NCBI GenBank assembly: GCA_028534125.1
Contig: CM052817.1
Coordinates: 93,064,001-93,128,000 of the forward strand
From: Lama glama
Lineage: Eukaryota
DNA length: 64,000 bases
Direction: 5' to 3'
Shown here one piece after another: positions 25,750 to 38,679 of this stretch; the stretch's first letter is position 1, and every line of letters starts with the position of its first letter. A model generated the notes under the pieces. It was not told where the DNA came from, did no database searches, and saw only the letters and a program-made list of their open reading frames with translations. A program made the position numbers and the translations under genes.

Positions 25750-28240
25750 TGGAACTGAACAGAACCAGCTGGGCATTTCTCTTTCAGCCTGAGCAATGGT
25801 AAACACACTGTCAATGTTAAGATTTCACAGAAGACCATTGGTTTCAAGCAACACTACTGGTTCAAGGAAATTCTAATAAGTTCTACAGGAAATATCAAAA
25901 AATCTTTCAAGTGCTGAATAAGTTTTAAAAAATAGCAGTTACATAAATGAATGAGATATGAATAAATGGATAGAAATTCTCTGAAGCCTGAAATGAAGCA
26001 ACAGCAGAAGTCCAGGAAGTAACTAAGGGCTGAAGCTGCCCCCTGACCCAGGAAATATGACCTCTGAATAGTTGGTTTCCAGCTTTGGTTTTAATGACTG
26101 TGCTTAAGAGAGGGGCAAGTCAAAGATTAGGGCCTTGACAGTGAGGAGTTAAGACTGCAGACCCTCGTATAAAGCCCAGATTTACAAAGGCCTAAATCAG
26201 AGAAGGAATGAAATAGGAAACTTCTCTGACGAGGACTGGCTTTGGGTAAAGGGACAAGCAAAGGGACAAAATATTTCTGACCATGGGCCTATTCTTTAAT
26301 GGGCTTGGAACCTGAATTCACACTATTCATAATTAAATACTTTTGGTTTAAAGAAGATCTGAGCTGATAGTTTACTGGGACATACAGAAAGTTGGCAAAC
26401 TCTGGTGAATACATCCTTGTACCAAGCCACAGCAAATTCCCACAGAATTTTAACAAACATGCTTGAATCCAAGCTCATAAAACACATTAATAAAATAAGA
26501 AATGGTAAGTGAAAGAGCAGGTATGACAGAATCAGACAAATATTGGAATTAATAGAAATATAAGATTAGTATGACTAGTAAATTTATATAAATAAAATGT
26601 GGGATAAAAAAATATGAGTAAGGATCAAACATCTATCCAAGATAAGCAGGCATAGTTGAAAAAAAGCAAAATTAAACTTTTAGAAATGAAAGATGTAGTC
26701 AGTGAAATTAAAGCTAAGTTTACAGAAAAACACTTTGAGAGTTAATGAAGCCAGAATATACAAATTAAGAAATCATATAATTTGTATCCACAGAGACAAA
26801 GTGATGGAAAAGTATAAAAGAGAGATTAAGAAACATGGATGATAGAATGAGCTAGTCCAACATCTATCTTTTTTTCTTTTTTTTAAATTGAGTTATAGTC
26901 ATTTTACAATGTTGTGTCAAATTTCAGTGTAGAGCACAATTTTTCAGTTATACATGAACATACATATATTCATTGTCACACATTTTTTTTTCGCTGTGAG
27001 CTACCACAAGATCTTGCATATATTCCCCTGTGCTATACAGTATAATCTTGTTTATCTATTCTACATTTTGAAATCCCAGTCTGTCCCTTCCCACACCGTG
27101 CCCCCTTGGCAACCACAAGTTTGTATTCTATGTCTATGAGTCTGTTTCTGTTCTGTATTTATGTATGTTTCGTTTTGTTTTGGTTTTTAGATTCCACATA
27201 TGAGCAATCTCATATGGTATTTTTCTTTCTCTTTCTGGCTTACTTCACTTAGAATGACACTCTCCAGGAGCATCCATGTTGCTGCAGATGGCATTATGGT
27301 GTCAGTTTTTATGACTGAATAGTATTCCATTGTGTAAATATACCACATCTTCTTTGTCCAGTCATCTGTTGATGGACATTTAGACTGTTTCCATGTCTTG
27401 GCTCTTGTAAATAGTGCTGCTATGAACATTGGGGTGCAGGTGTCATTTTGGAGTAGGGTTCCTTCTGGATATAAGACCAGGAGCGGGATTCCTGGGTCAT
27501 ATGGTAAGTCTACTCCTAGTCTTTTGAGGAATCTCCACACTGTTTTCCATAGTGGCTGCACCAAACTGCATTCCCACCAGCAGTGTAGGAGGGTTCCCCT
27601 TTCTCCATAGCCTCTCCAGCATTTGTCATTTGTGGACTATTGAATGATGGCCATTCTGACTGGTGTGAGGTGATACCTCATTGTAGTTTTGATTTGTATT
27701 TCTCTGATAATTAGTGACATTGAGCATTTTTTCATGTGCCTAGTCCAACAAATATCTAATCAAAGTTTTGGAAGAAATAATAGACAAAACAGAAGCAATA
27801 TTTAAATGGATAATGGCTGAGATGGAATTTCATGAGCACTAATGAACTCATTTTTTGGAGTACCCCAAAAAAATCACAAATAGAATAAATTATCACACCT
27901 AGGTACAAATTTAGCAAAACTGCAGAGCACCAAATAAAATAGCAAGTCTTTACAAAAAGCACAGAGAAGAGATGGATTATGAACAAAGGAATGGTGACTA
28001 GATTACCATTTGACTTCTCAGCAGGAGCCAGAAGGTACTATAATAACATCTTCAAAATACTGACAGCTTCTTTCAACCTAGAATCAGATGCAGCAAAGAT
28101 ATCTTTTCAAAGAAAGCCAAACTAGAGACATTTTCATGTAGTAAGTGGTCTACCACAACACATTCTCCCTGAAATAACATCTGAAGTTTATACTTCAGAA
28201 AGAAGGAAAAAGATGCTTCAAGGACGATCTGAGAGGTATT
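25750..28240 (+). mobile_element. Old L1M 5'/ORF1 region, host of the nested young L1
   Basis: agagattaagaaacatggatgatagaatgag...gaagcaatattt...gatggaatttca ORF1-type motifs continue across the insertion. Confidence 0.6.
26870..27742 (-). mobile_element. Young 5'-truncated L1 (ORF2 C-terminus + 3' UTR)
   Basis: ORF 27187-27564 is nearly identical to the 9222-9599 peptide; poly-T tail; TSD CTAGTCCAACA(TC/AA)TATCT at 26852-26869 and 27740-27757. Confidence 0.95.
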
Positions 28241-30263
28241 TTAAAGTGGGACACAAAAAATGGGGCACAAATGAAAGTAATTTAAGAGGATTTACACAGT
28301 GCGGGTAACATCCTATTTCATTGTATTGTTACTTATTAACATGTTATATATGCTACATAGGTTCTTTTATATACTAACTGCTCCATAATTTTAAAAATAG
28401 ATGAAAAACATCATATGGTCCCTCTAAGAAAAATAATATGGTAGCATAAGAGAAGCATATTTCTCTGAATATCCAGGAAAATTAAGCCTCTGGGAAAATA
28501 ATTTATGAAGGGAAGCAAAAGAAACTGAGACAACTGTTTGGTGTCTGCAAAAGGATTCAAGCAATTGTTGTTCCTAAGAATTATGAGTATCAGAAATATG
28601 TAAGGAACAAGCTGAGAAGGGGGTAACTGACTGCCGTGCAAAAATAAGAAGCTGAGAATAAAAAGGAGGTGGATGGAGAGAGAGAGATGAGAAGGGGAGG
28701 GAAGAGGGAGGAGAGGAGACAGAGAAGAATGAATCAATTCCCAGACTAGAGCTATATTTGATTGCAGTCATACCATGAGGAAGGAATAAAATATGAATCA
28801 AGGAAGATTTCTGGGTGATGGGAGCAGAGAGAAGGAAGGGACTTGGTAGGGCTGCCCTTTCACACACCCTCAGAAAAAGTGTCTTGATAAGATGGCATAC
28901 TTATTTGATCAGGCTGTTGAGAAGCGGGGCACATGATATTCTGTGATCCCAAGATCTGAAGGCTATTAAACATCAAATCATATAACAGAAACCTGGGCCA
29001 TATTAAATTTAACATGGTGAGAACTCCTACCACACAGCTGGCCTCATGTCAATTTGTTTATGCCAATGAAAACTTTTATCATGTAAATGATCTGTGAACA
29101 CTTGGAAAGTAGGATTTGCTTGTCATTATTTTATAAATGTGGAAACTGCAGATGAAAATGGACTTGTCCAGGGTCACACAGAGATGAAATGGTGAATCCA
29201 GCATTTGAACTCACGTCTCTCTGTCTCTCTCTCTTCAAAATCCCATGTTCCCTATTTTATACTTACTGCCTACCAGCTGCCAGGCACTCATCTCGAACCG
29301 TAAAACCTGCACCATAAGGTAGGGATTATTAAACATACAAGCAAACATTCTGTGTTCTCTTCAATCTGTCTCAGCTCTAAGACATTTATCTGATTTTGGA
29401 GATGCTAATCACTGAAAAACTGACACCACCATCTAAGTGAGGAAACAGGTACACACCCGAAACAGAGAAAAAACATATGCTAATACACAAACAAGTGTGT
29501 TCAAGTGCAAAGGAATTATTTAATATGAATTGAAGGTAATATGGAAAGTCTTCTTGAAGGCGAACTCTCCTGAGAAAGCCTTTGAGAGAAGGGTTTGGCC
29601 TACCGTGTCAAATACTAACCAGAAAAAGGGCTAGGGAAGCACATCTGAAGGGTTAGAAGTAGGAGGCAGCAAAATGATGTGTTCTGAAATATAATTATAC
29701 AAGATGATAAGGGGAGATGAAACTCAGTGGATCAACGAATGGGAGGCTTTTTAAATAAGGGCCTAAGGTGTCAGTATCTGATTTTATATAGAATCTTAAG
29801 GTTCAGCTCTGATTGCTGTCCAGTACGTAAAATTGGTGTTTGATCTTTTCTTTTCCTTTGCAAGTCAACATAGCACTTTCTCATCTATTTCTCGCTATGT
29901 TAATTCAAAAAGCTACCAAATAAATTATGTTTTATTCTTTATTTTGAGTCATTTTTTATTGAAACTTTGGGTGCAAGCATGTTTTCCCCCCCATATTAAA
30001 GACTATTGAATTCAGACCACACAAAAAATCCAGTGGCTCATTTATAAAGCAGAAATATCCAAAGTTTCTCAGAAAAAAAAAAGTTCATTTCACAGTTGCT
30101 TTGAAGTAATACCACAAGGTCATTTTAGTTGGCCGGGTTTTCCTATGGTTGTTCATTGATTCAGTCTCCAAGTAAGCATATGTAAATCTGTATGTGTTTT
30201 ACTGAAACACAGGTGGAATTAAGAAAATGGCACTTCATGTATTTCTCCAGCTATCCATCCTTT

Positions 30264-30778
30264 TGTAATTGAAAAGAACAAATCTGACTCCATATTAGAT
30301 CTGTTCCTTTGACATTCACCCTGTGCTGCTTCCTGTGTTGTCATGCTGACTGTACATCTTTTGTAAAAGAATGTTGCCTATAGCCTGAAATATACAGGAG
30401 AGCCCATTCTAAAGGCTCTGACCTCTAAAGGTATAACACTTTCCCATTCATACAGAGATAAAAAGTTGCAGACTAGAAAATAAGATTCATCTTGCTGGAC
30501 GTTTGCAGGAACACCATGGCCTGACCTACACGGACAGCTGCAAGAACAAAGGATTTCAACTGCAAGAAGTTTGTGACAACCAACCACATGCCCTCCCCTT
30601 TCTAGTATAAAAGGAGCCTGAAATCTGACTTGGGGGAAGATGATTCTCCAGGACGTTAGTCTGCCATTCTGTCAGTCGGCCAGCTTTCTGAATAAAGTCG
30701 TTATTCCTCACCCCAACACCTGGTCTGCCGATCTTGGCCTGTTGTGCAGTGAGCAGAGCGAGTTTGGGCTTGGTAACA
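30264..30778 (+). mobile_element. ERV1-class solo LTR
   Basis: TG...GGTAACA termini; TSD CTTT (30260-30263 and 30779-30782); TATAAAA 30606-30612; AATAAA 30691-30696. Confidence 0.9.
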
Positions 30779-32385
30779 CTTTGGCACGTTACTTAATTCT
30801 TTGAACCCCACTTTCACCATATGTAAACTGGAGATAATGATCCCTATCTTGTTGTATTCGGTCTTAGGATGAAAAATGATGGATATTAAACTGCCAGGTT
30901 ATACTTGCCGTAGGATAGAGAGCTGGTGAGTAATACAGCCATTGTTCATCATTTATTGGCCAATCCTCAACTAGCTCGTAATATGCTAGGGAAGGTGAGG
31001 CTTTGCTCAAATACGGGCTTTGATGGGTTCAAATATTGGATTCACCACTTAATTTCTGTGTGATCCAGGTAAGTTTATCTCAGATTTTCAGTTTCTTATT
31101 GAATAAAGTGTCCCCTTTGGCCAGATTTAAAACTAGGCCCACATTAGCGTAACAATTTACTATTTTCCACATTATATCATCCTGACATCGCAACAATACT
31201 TGTCTCAGTGGATGTACACCTATGAGATAAGTTTGTATGACTAATGGTGCCTACGTATATAAATCAGACTTTGAGACTTTAATTTCAGGCTCCCTTTTCT
31301 CTCTGTTTTTGAGTGCACAAGAATTACACACGTCTGCCATGAAAAGTCCCACTGAACAATCATGGGGGGAAAAGCTAGTCAGTTAAAATGACATTGTGAT
31401 TTTTACCTAAAAGTAACTGTGATAGGAAATGCTAGCAAATAGGGTTATCTGCAAGCCACTGTTTGCAGTTATATTAACCCACAAAAATCAACCACCACCT
31501 GTTGTAAACTTCTCAATGGTAGCAATTATGGCATATATTTTCCCCTTGGAAAGGAGGAACTAGACCGTATACTTACTTCTCTATAATCTGTGCTACGTAG
31601 TAGATTCTGAGTGCAGACTTAGTAATAAAAAAAAAAAATGCTGGTCAAAGGCTGGTTTGGTAACATTAGTTTTAGGTCTGTCAAAGCCGATTTTGAATCC
31701 TCAGATCTTCGATTTCCCAAGCTAAGCTTAGGTATAAATGCAAACAAACATAGATTTTAAAGGGAAGGTTTGTATCTGTGGGGTTCAGACCAGCAAATGA
31801 AGCAGCAAAACTTCCAACACAATTTACATGCCATAATTATTTATTCATGTAGCAATGAAAGCACTTCTGAACCTTGCATACCTATTTCCAACACTTCTTT
31901 TATTTCACTGTGTTTGAGCATAGTGTCGATTTTGCAAACATAAAATTTTCCTTTGCCTGCACTAGAACATCATTTCTTATTCATGTTTCAAAGGAAAAAA
32001 AAGGCCAACCCTCCCTTTTGAAAGTCATTTCTCAGGGAAATGCCCGTTCACTGTTTTTGTGAGTTTCTGCAATCAATAGTAAACTATAACATGCTTTCTT
32101 GGAATATAGCAGATTTTCTCTGTTATATTGGACAAGAATCCAAATACATATTATATTACACTTACGTGAATTTTACTTTATTGTTTCGGCTATGTGAGCG
32201 GGTTTACTTCTGTGGTTTGCTTAATTAGTACAGGGTTTATTGACAACTCTTTCTTACACTGGAATGATACTTGTTTTTAATATGACTTTATTGGAGATAT
32301 TCTGCAACATAATCATTACTGTCAGTTTTAATTTAAGATCTACAAGTGAGGAATTTTAGTGATAGCCTTATCACTTTTTAAGGCA

Positions 32386-32930
32386 TGTAGGGGCGGAAAA
32401 ATAATTTTCCCTCTGCCCTTCTATGTTTTTGGCTGAGACTCACTCGAAATAAAAAAAACAGATAAACAAGAAAAAACAAACAAAAGTTTAATAATATGTA
32501 TACCTCCTGTACATATGGGAGATGCCCAAAAAAACCAAGTAACTCACTGAAATTACCCGGCCACCACCTTAAAATATCGTCTCCAGCTAAAGACAAAAGA
32601 ACGACGTGGTGGGGTCGGGTAGGGTCGGGGAGGCCAGTTATGGGAGGTTACCAGGAAAAGCACAATAAACAAAAGTGTGATGGTTACACAGATTTAAGTC
32701 GCTGGGTTCTCTAGTTGATAAGAGTTTCTAGAGAATTGGTCCTTGTCCACTTCCTGGTACAGAGAGGGAGACACCCTTAAAATGGAGATTTCCCATATAC
32801 ATGTATATTTCTCTTATAAAAGGGTAACTAGTTGGTTTTCAGAGCTTTCCCTATGTCTGCTGTTTCTTATAAATAATCAGCTCAAGATAATCCTTACATC
32901 AAAGAGGCATATTTGGGGGGGGGAGGCGAT
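32386..32930 (-). mobile_element. ERV1 LTR, MER34-like
   Basis: Reverse complement starts ...ccccaaatatgcctctttgatgtaaggattatcttgagctg as in the MER34 group; tgtagg terminus at 32386; the other end is not clean. Confidence 0.7.
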
Positions 32931-32984
32931 ATTAAACAGGAGATTTTTAGTAATTGGTTGTCATTTTTTACCTTAAAAAGAGAA

Positions 32985-34620
32985 AAAAGTTTATATTTTG
33001 ATGAAACCCAATTATTTCACTTTTTTTCTTTTACAGATAGTACTTTCTGTGTTCTGTCTAAGAAATATTTACCTACCTCGAGATTGCAAATCTCCTATGC
33101 TTTCTTCTGGAAGGTTTATGCTTTTAACTTTACATTTAGGTCTATGAACCACTCTGTGTTAATTTTCATGAATAACATGTGTTAGAAAATTGAAAATATA
33201 TATATTTTGCCCCTAAAAAGCACAGTTGTTCCTGTATCATTTGTCAAAAAGATTATCCTCTCAATCTCTTACCTTGGCATAATTATCAAAACCAATTGGC
33301 CATACACGTGTGAATTTTTTTCTGGACTCTTTATTCTGTTCCTTTGATTTGTCTGTCTATCTTTATGCCATTACACATTGTTTTGGTCTTTGTGGCTTTA
33401 TAGTCAGTGTTGATATATGGCAGTACAGATCCTCCAACATTGTTCTTTTTCAAAAGTGTTCTGCCTCTTCTAGGTTCTCTACAGTTGCATTTCAAAGTTG
33501 GAATATGCTCACTGAGTTGGATAAGAAAGCCTGCTGGGATTTGCACTGAATCTGGAGAATTAACATCTTAATTTTATAGCATCTTCCAATAGATGAACAT
33601 GGTATTTCTCCAAACGTTTAGATGAAGGGTTAACAAACTTTCCTGCAAAGGGCAAGGTGAGTATTTTAAGCTTTGATAAATAAAAATGGTCTCTGTTGCA
33701 ACTTCTCAATTGCAAAAGTGGCCTTAGCCACATGTAAACAAATGGGAGTGGCTGTATTCTGAAAACAAAAATAGGCCAAAGCAGCAAGCGCACCCTTGAT
33801 TTAGGTTACTTTCATTTTCTGTCAGCAATATTTTGCAGTTTTCAGAGTACATGTTATTAATTTATTCTTCAGTATTAAATACGCTTCAGTATCTTATTCA
33901 TTGCTGTATACAAAATATAATTTATGTTTATATATTTACCTTGTATCCTGCTAAAAATTCACTTTTAGTTACAGGAATTTTTTGAGTTTTCTCAGGAATC
34001 CATTGTCTACAAATAAGATAGTTTACTTATTGCCTTCTAATTTTTATGACTTTTTTTCTTTTTCTTATCTTATTCAACTGCCTGGAATCTCCAGTACCAG
34101 CTGAATACAGCAGACATCTTTGCTTGCAGCTGATTTTAGGGGTAAGTCATTCATCTTTCACTACGAAGTAAGATACTAGCTGTACACTTCTTTGTCGATG
34201 CCCTTCATCAGGTTGAGGGACCTTCCTTCTACTTCTAGTTTTCTGGTTTTTATCATGGCAGAATGTTGACTTTCGTCAAATACTTTTTCTCCTTTATTCA
34301 ATTAATATGGAAAATGATATTGATTGCCTTTAAAATGTTAAACCAGCTTTGCATTACATAAATAATACTGTTTGTTCGTGATGTATTATTCTTTTTAAAC
34401 ATTGAATTAGATTTGCTAATATTTTGTGTTATTTTATGTTAAAAAAGATTTCCTCTGTAGACTTATTTTCATGGTAATATCTTGTTGGGTTTTAGTAGGA
34501 TAATTCTGGTTTCATAAAATAAGTTGAGAAGTATTTCTTCCTCCTATATTCTTAAAGAGTTTGTGTAAGATTAGCATTATTTTTCCTTAATTGTTTAATA
34601 GAATTTACTAATTAAGCCAC
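32985..34620 (-). mobile_element. Old L1M ORF2 fragment, with a MER58-like MITE at ~33625-33797
   Basis: tttacatttaggtctatga..., ctggactctttattctgttcc..., cccttcatcaggttgagg are L1 ORF2 antisense motifs. Confidence 0.7.
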
Positions 34621-34944
34621 ACCTGTACCCTCTGCCTTTTTCTTCTGTCCTTTTCATTGTGAGTTTTAGATTGATTTCACAAACCATGTTGTTTGAGTAT
34701 CTTAATTTAGTTTGTAAGCCTTTTTGTTATATTTCTAGGATAGTGATTGGAGGCTACCATTTCATCAAGGTAATTTCCTGCACAACAGTTACCATAATTA
34801 AAAAACCAGTGATATTTTTATCAATGATTATGAGCCTTCTGTTGGTATAGCTGCCATATGTCAAGAGTGCTTCTGAAAATTGATTTTGATAAAGGTTTTG
34901 AAGAAAGTTTAGTTAAAAATGCAATGAAAAGTGACTGTAGGATT

Positions 34945-35026
34945 AAATACATATATAAACCATAGAATTGTTATGTAAATTATCAAATACATATATAAAC
35001 CACAGAATTAAGTTATGTAAATTAGC
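34945..35026. repeat. Tandem duplication, ~40-bp unit, 2 copies
   Basis: aaatacatatataaacca(t/c)agaatt..gttatgtaaatta occurs twice in succession. Confidence 0.9.
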
Positions 35027-36099
35027 AAATTATTTCATGATAATTTCAAAGAGCTATTATATGCATACACACATATACATACACATATATCTGTAAGTTC
35101 TCAGATTTTGATGCTAGCAAGAATTTAAAACTATGAAATGACAGGTGAAATTATTTTTGACCAAAAATAAACTCAACAAACATTTTTGGAGGGCCTATAG
35201 GGTGAAAGTCAAAATAAATGTCAATTTAACTTTGCTGATGTAGATACATTATTGTGTTGACTTTGATTCACACCCTTTTGTTAAAGTTATTACATATTAC
35301 AACAAGTGCATGAATTTAAATTAGAGAACTCAAGCAATATGTATTTTCCATATGTCAGGAAGTACATGTGATGAAAATAAAATCCCTTTTTACAGTTAGT
35401 CATTGAAATAAATGCCAACAAGATCCATTCATATTGTGTACATTTATAATGTATACTTTCATTATATAATCTAAGTAAAGTAATTAATGTTTTTTGAACT
35501 AGATTTTGATTGGTAAGTTCAGCCTTAAAAGACTGTTCAGAATAGTATTATTAGCACATTTAATTATCTCTTGGTTCTGTTTAAATCCCTTCTCCCCCGA
35601 CCCAACTAAGTACCAAAATATTTAAGATACCATATACTTTTAAACATATTAAGAATTGACTGTGCTATTATTTAATTATTTTAAGTTCATCTGCAGCTTG
35701 AAACTAGGTGTCCTTTCTCCTCCTTTGCCAAGGGCACACTCTGACACTGTAGTTGAAACAAAATCACCATCTCTAATGGGCATCAGCCAGAATGTGCCAT
35801 CTACTAGTTGTGCCGTTTCTGACTTGCAGCAGCGCTCAACCAGCCTGTTGTCAGTGACTTGACTCAGATAACCTATGCTCTTTGTGGGGCTGCAACCCTC
35901 ACAGCAGTTTTATCACAGAAACACAATGAGATCAGGAAGCAGAAATTCAAGGAAACTAATTAGTTTCCTCCCTGGCCTTGGCTAAAGTTAAGCTAGAGCA
36001 AACAAATTTGGGTTGAAAGATACTGCTTGAGAGTCAAAGGCTTTCCTCAGGAACCCTTTGTTCTAGAAGCAGTGGAGGGTGGTTGTCAATTTAGAGCTG

Positions 36100-36325
36100 G
36101 TAGAGAGTAAGGGTGTGGCCTCAAGCCAGACCACCTGAGGTCAAATCCTTGCAGGGCCACTCAGTTGCACGTGAATTACAGGCAAGTTGTGACATTTTTC
36201 GGACCTTGGTTTCTCTATCCGCAAAATGGAGATATAGTTCATATTTCATAGCATTGCTGTGAGGATTTCATGAGCCAATATTGAGCATCCAGGCACACAA
36301 TGTAGGAGCTACAGAAGTATTAGCT
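36100..36325 (+). mobile_element. MIR SINE
   Basis: ggcaagtt...ccttggtttctctatccgcaaaatggagat...gtgaggatt core; further MIR fragments at ~23800-24010, 29100-29220, 30790-30890, 41490-41680, 51115-51290 and 56440-56630. Confidence 0.7.
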
Positions 36326-37634
36326 AGTCTTGCTGCGCCACGGAGAAAGCAGTAACTTAGGAAGCTTTTGAAAATTTAAGTAATCTTTAAGAGGAAGGGT
36401 ATCCCTCTATTGTCAGGACCACCAAAAAGACAGAGATGGGAAGCAATCTTGAGGTAAGGCTACATTTCAGGCATGCTTTAACCAAAATGGAAACTTGAGG
36501 AGTTCCTCCTGGCTATGTTTTTCAAAGACCAGAAGATCAACTTGTTCTTGGCCTGTGATTTGTTCCTTAGGAGGACCACAAATAAGGTCACAGTGATGGA
36601 TTTTGAACACTAAGTCAGATGAGCTAACTTTCAGCTACTTCCATGTAGTCTCCAAAGCTATAGAAAACATTTATTAGTCATTTATTTTAACAGAGAACTA
36701 GCCAGTTGGCTAACATTGTCTTTGGAATGAAAAATCAGATATTAAAAACTTATTCAACTATGATTGTATTATTAATTTTTTAAATTCAAAGAAAGATTAT
36801 TATGGTCACTTCTGTGAGGTTTAATTAATCTTTACTTCTTTCCACATTGTAATTTTATTAGTTGCCTTTAGGCAGTTTCAAATTATTCCATCAATCTTGG
36901 TCTTTGCTTTTAATTTATACAGTGGAATTTACTTGTTCATTGGTGTGAGTAATTTTCAATATCTTGCCAAACGGCCTGTGGCAACTGAAAATACAAGTTG
37001 CATATGTTAGATTTCTCTGTTTGAGGCAGTGCAACAAAAACATTATGCTGAAAACCCAGCTTCATTGAATCGCAGGCATTTATATGACTAATTAAAAAAC
37101 ATTTTTTTCCTGGAATGAAGAAAACAAATTTGACCTACATATTCCAAAGTCAAGTGGTAGAGCAAAGTCTATCTTATGGCTATAGTCAGTTTCAATTTCA
37201 CTTTATTATCATGCATTTTATTTTCTCTTCCCAAGCTGACTAAATGCTTTATGTATTATTCAGCTCATCCTGTTCCAGAACTTACATGTATTAGAAGCTC
37301 AATCAATATTTATAGACCAATTTTTGTTATTCTTATGTCTTCAGATTGTACTCTAAAGTTTGGCTCTATGAAGAAAATTCCCATCAGTTTTACACTGTTG
37401 TGAAAACTTCTCCAGTAGCTCAGAAAATTCATGGTGGCCACATGTTAAAAGTGTGCTGTCAGACATTATGCCCCTCAGCCCTGGGGACAACAGAAGCCCC
37501 CAGGCTGGTGAGCCCTAGCTAAGAGTTGCCTCCTCTAGTTCTCCTAGGCAGCCCAAGTGAAGCAGGATCTGGGATGTGATGATGTGTCCTCTGGCCGCAG
37601 TGAGACCTGGCTCTGCTAGTTGGTACTGAGTGTG

Positions 37635-37990
37635 GCCAGTGAGGGGCCTTACTGTCTGGACAACTACTTCAGTGACCACCTGCAAAGCACACAGCATCTG
37701 TAAGGGAGCTGAAGGAGATATAAGAGTTCACCTTGAAGGAGCCAAGAAGCGCTGGAGCAGTTCAAGTTGAGGTGCAGACACAGATCCACTTCTCCATCAC
37801 TAATTTCGATATACACCTCTACACATACTTTAGTCCTTTGGGTGCTGCTGTATCTGTTGCAACAGAATCCAATCCAGCTGCAAAGCCTGATCTCATGATG
37901 CATACTCATGCTGCAAACCACAGCTTCAGTGTATTGCTGTGAAAAAGTCCGACTGGATGTGACATCACTGGTATCATCACAAGAAAATGC
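37635..37990 (+). mobile_element. Putative ancient Ty3/Gypsy pol fossil (RT thumb/connection to RNase H)
   Basis: Frame-shifted translation LDNYFSDHL / TASVRELKEI*EFTL / QEALEQFKL / NFDIHLYTYFSPLGA / LLQQNPI...CEK follows Gypsy pol motif order. Confidence 0.5.
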
Positions 37991-38679
37991 AACATTCCAT
38001 AGTCTTAGAAAAGAATGATTGCTTCATTTCTTTAAATATAATTTCCAACTATGGTAAAATTTTGAAAGATTGTGAAAAAGTTTTTACATTTTCAAATCTC
38101 ACTTATTTTGTTGGTAGTAACTATCTAGAGTTCACCCTTTTCATAAAAATATTAAATGATTTTATGTGGAACTTTATGCACATTTAATATTTAAACCATT
38201 TCTAATATATATTTTTTTTATTTTTAGCATACACTTAAGGCAAAGAAAACTTAGTTAAATTATGTTTTACCAAGCTCCAGGGAGCTGTATCATTCTTTTT
38301 CCGTGACATGACTCTGAAAAATCTGGGCCAGCACCCTTCCATTAGGGATTTTCAGTGATTCACATGTGCACAAGGTTTTCCAAAGAGTTCAAGTGTTCCC
38401 AAAAACTGGACACGAGACTTTTTCTGCAGGCTCCGAGGCACGATCACTGAGCCTCAGAAAATTCAGTACCTTCTTTCAACTGTAAAATTCCACAGGAACA
38501 TTTCACATGGTTCCATTGCAATGTTTTACACTGGACTACGCCCTACTTGAAAAAGTGGTCCGCTGACAGGCTTATTCCTTCAAGTCACTGACCCTCGGTG
38601 CCAACTGCCTTGGACCAAGTCGTTACCCAGCTGTCTTCCTCCAACGTTGTCTTTAGTAAGACTTCAGAGCCGCCTTTCT

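Noticed and set aside
7099..30778. One 23-kb provirus bounded by the two homologous LTRs
   Set aside because: The LTRs are in opposite orientation and have different TSDs (GAAG versus CTTT)
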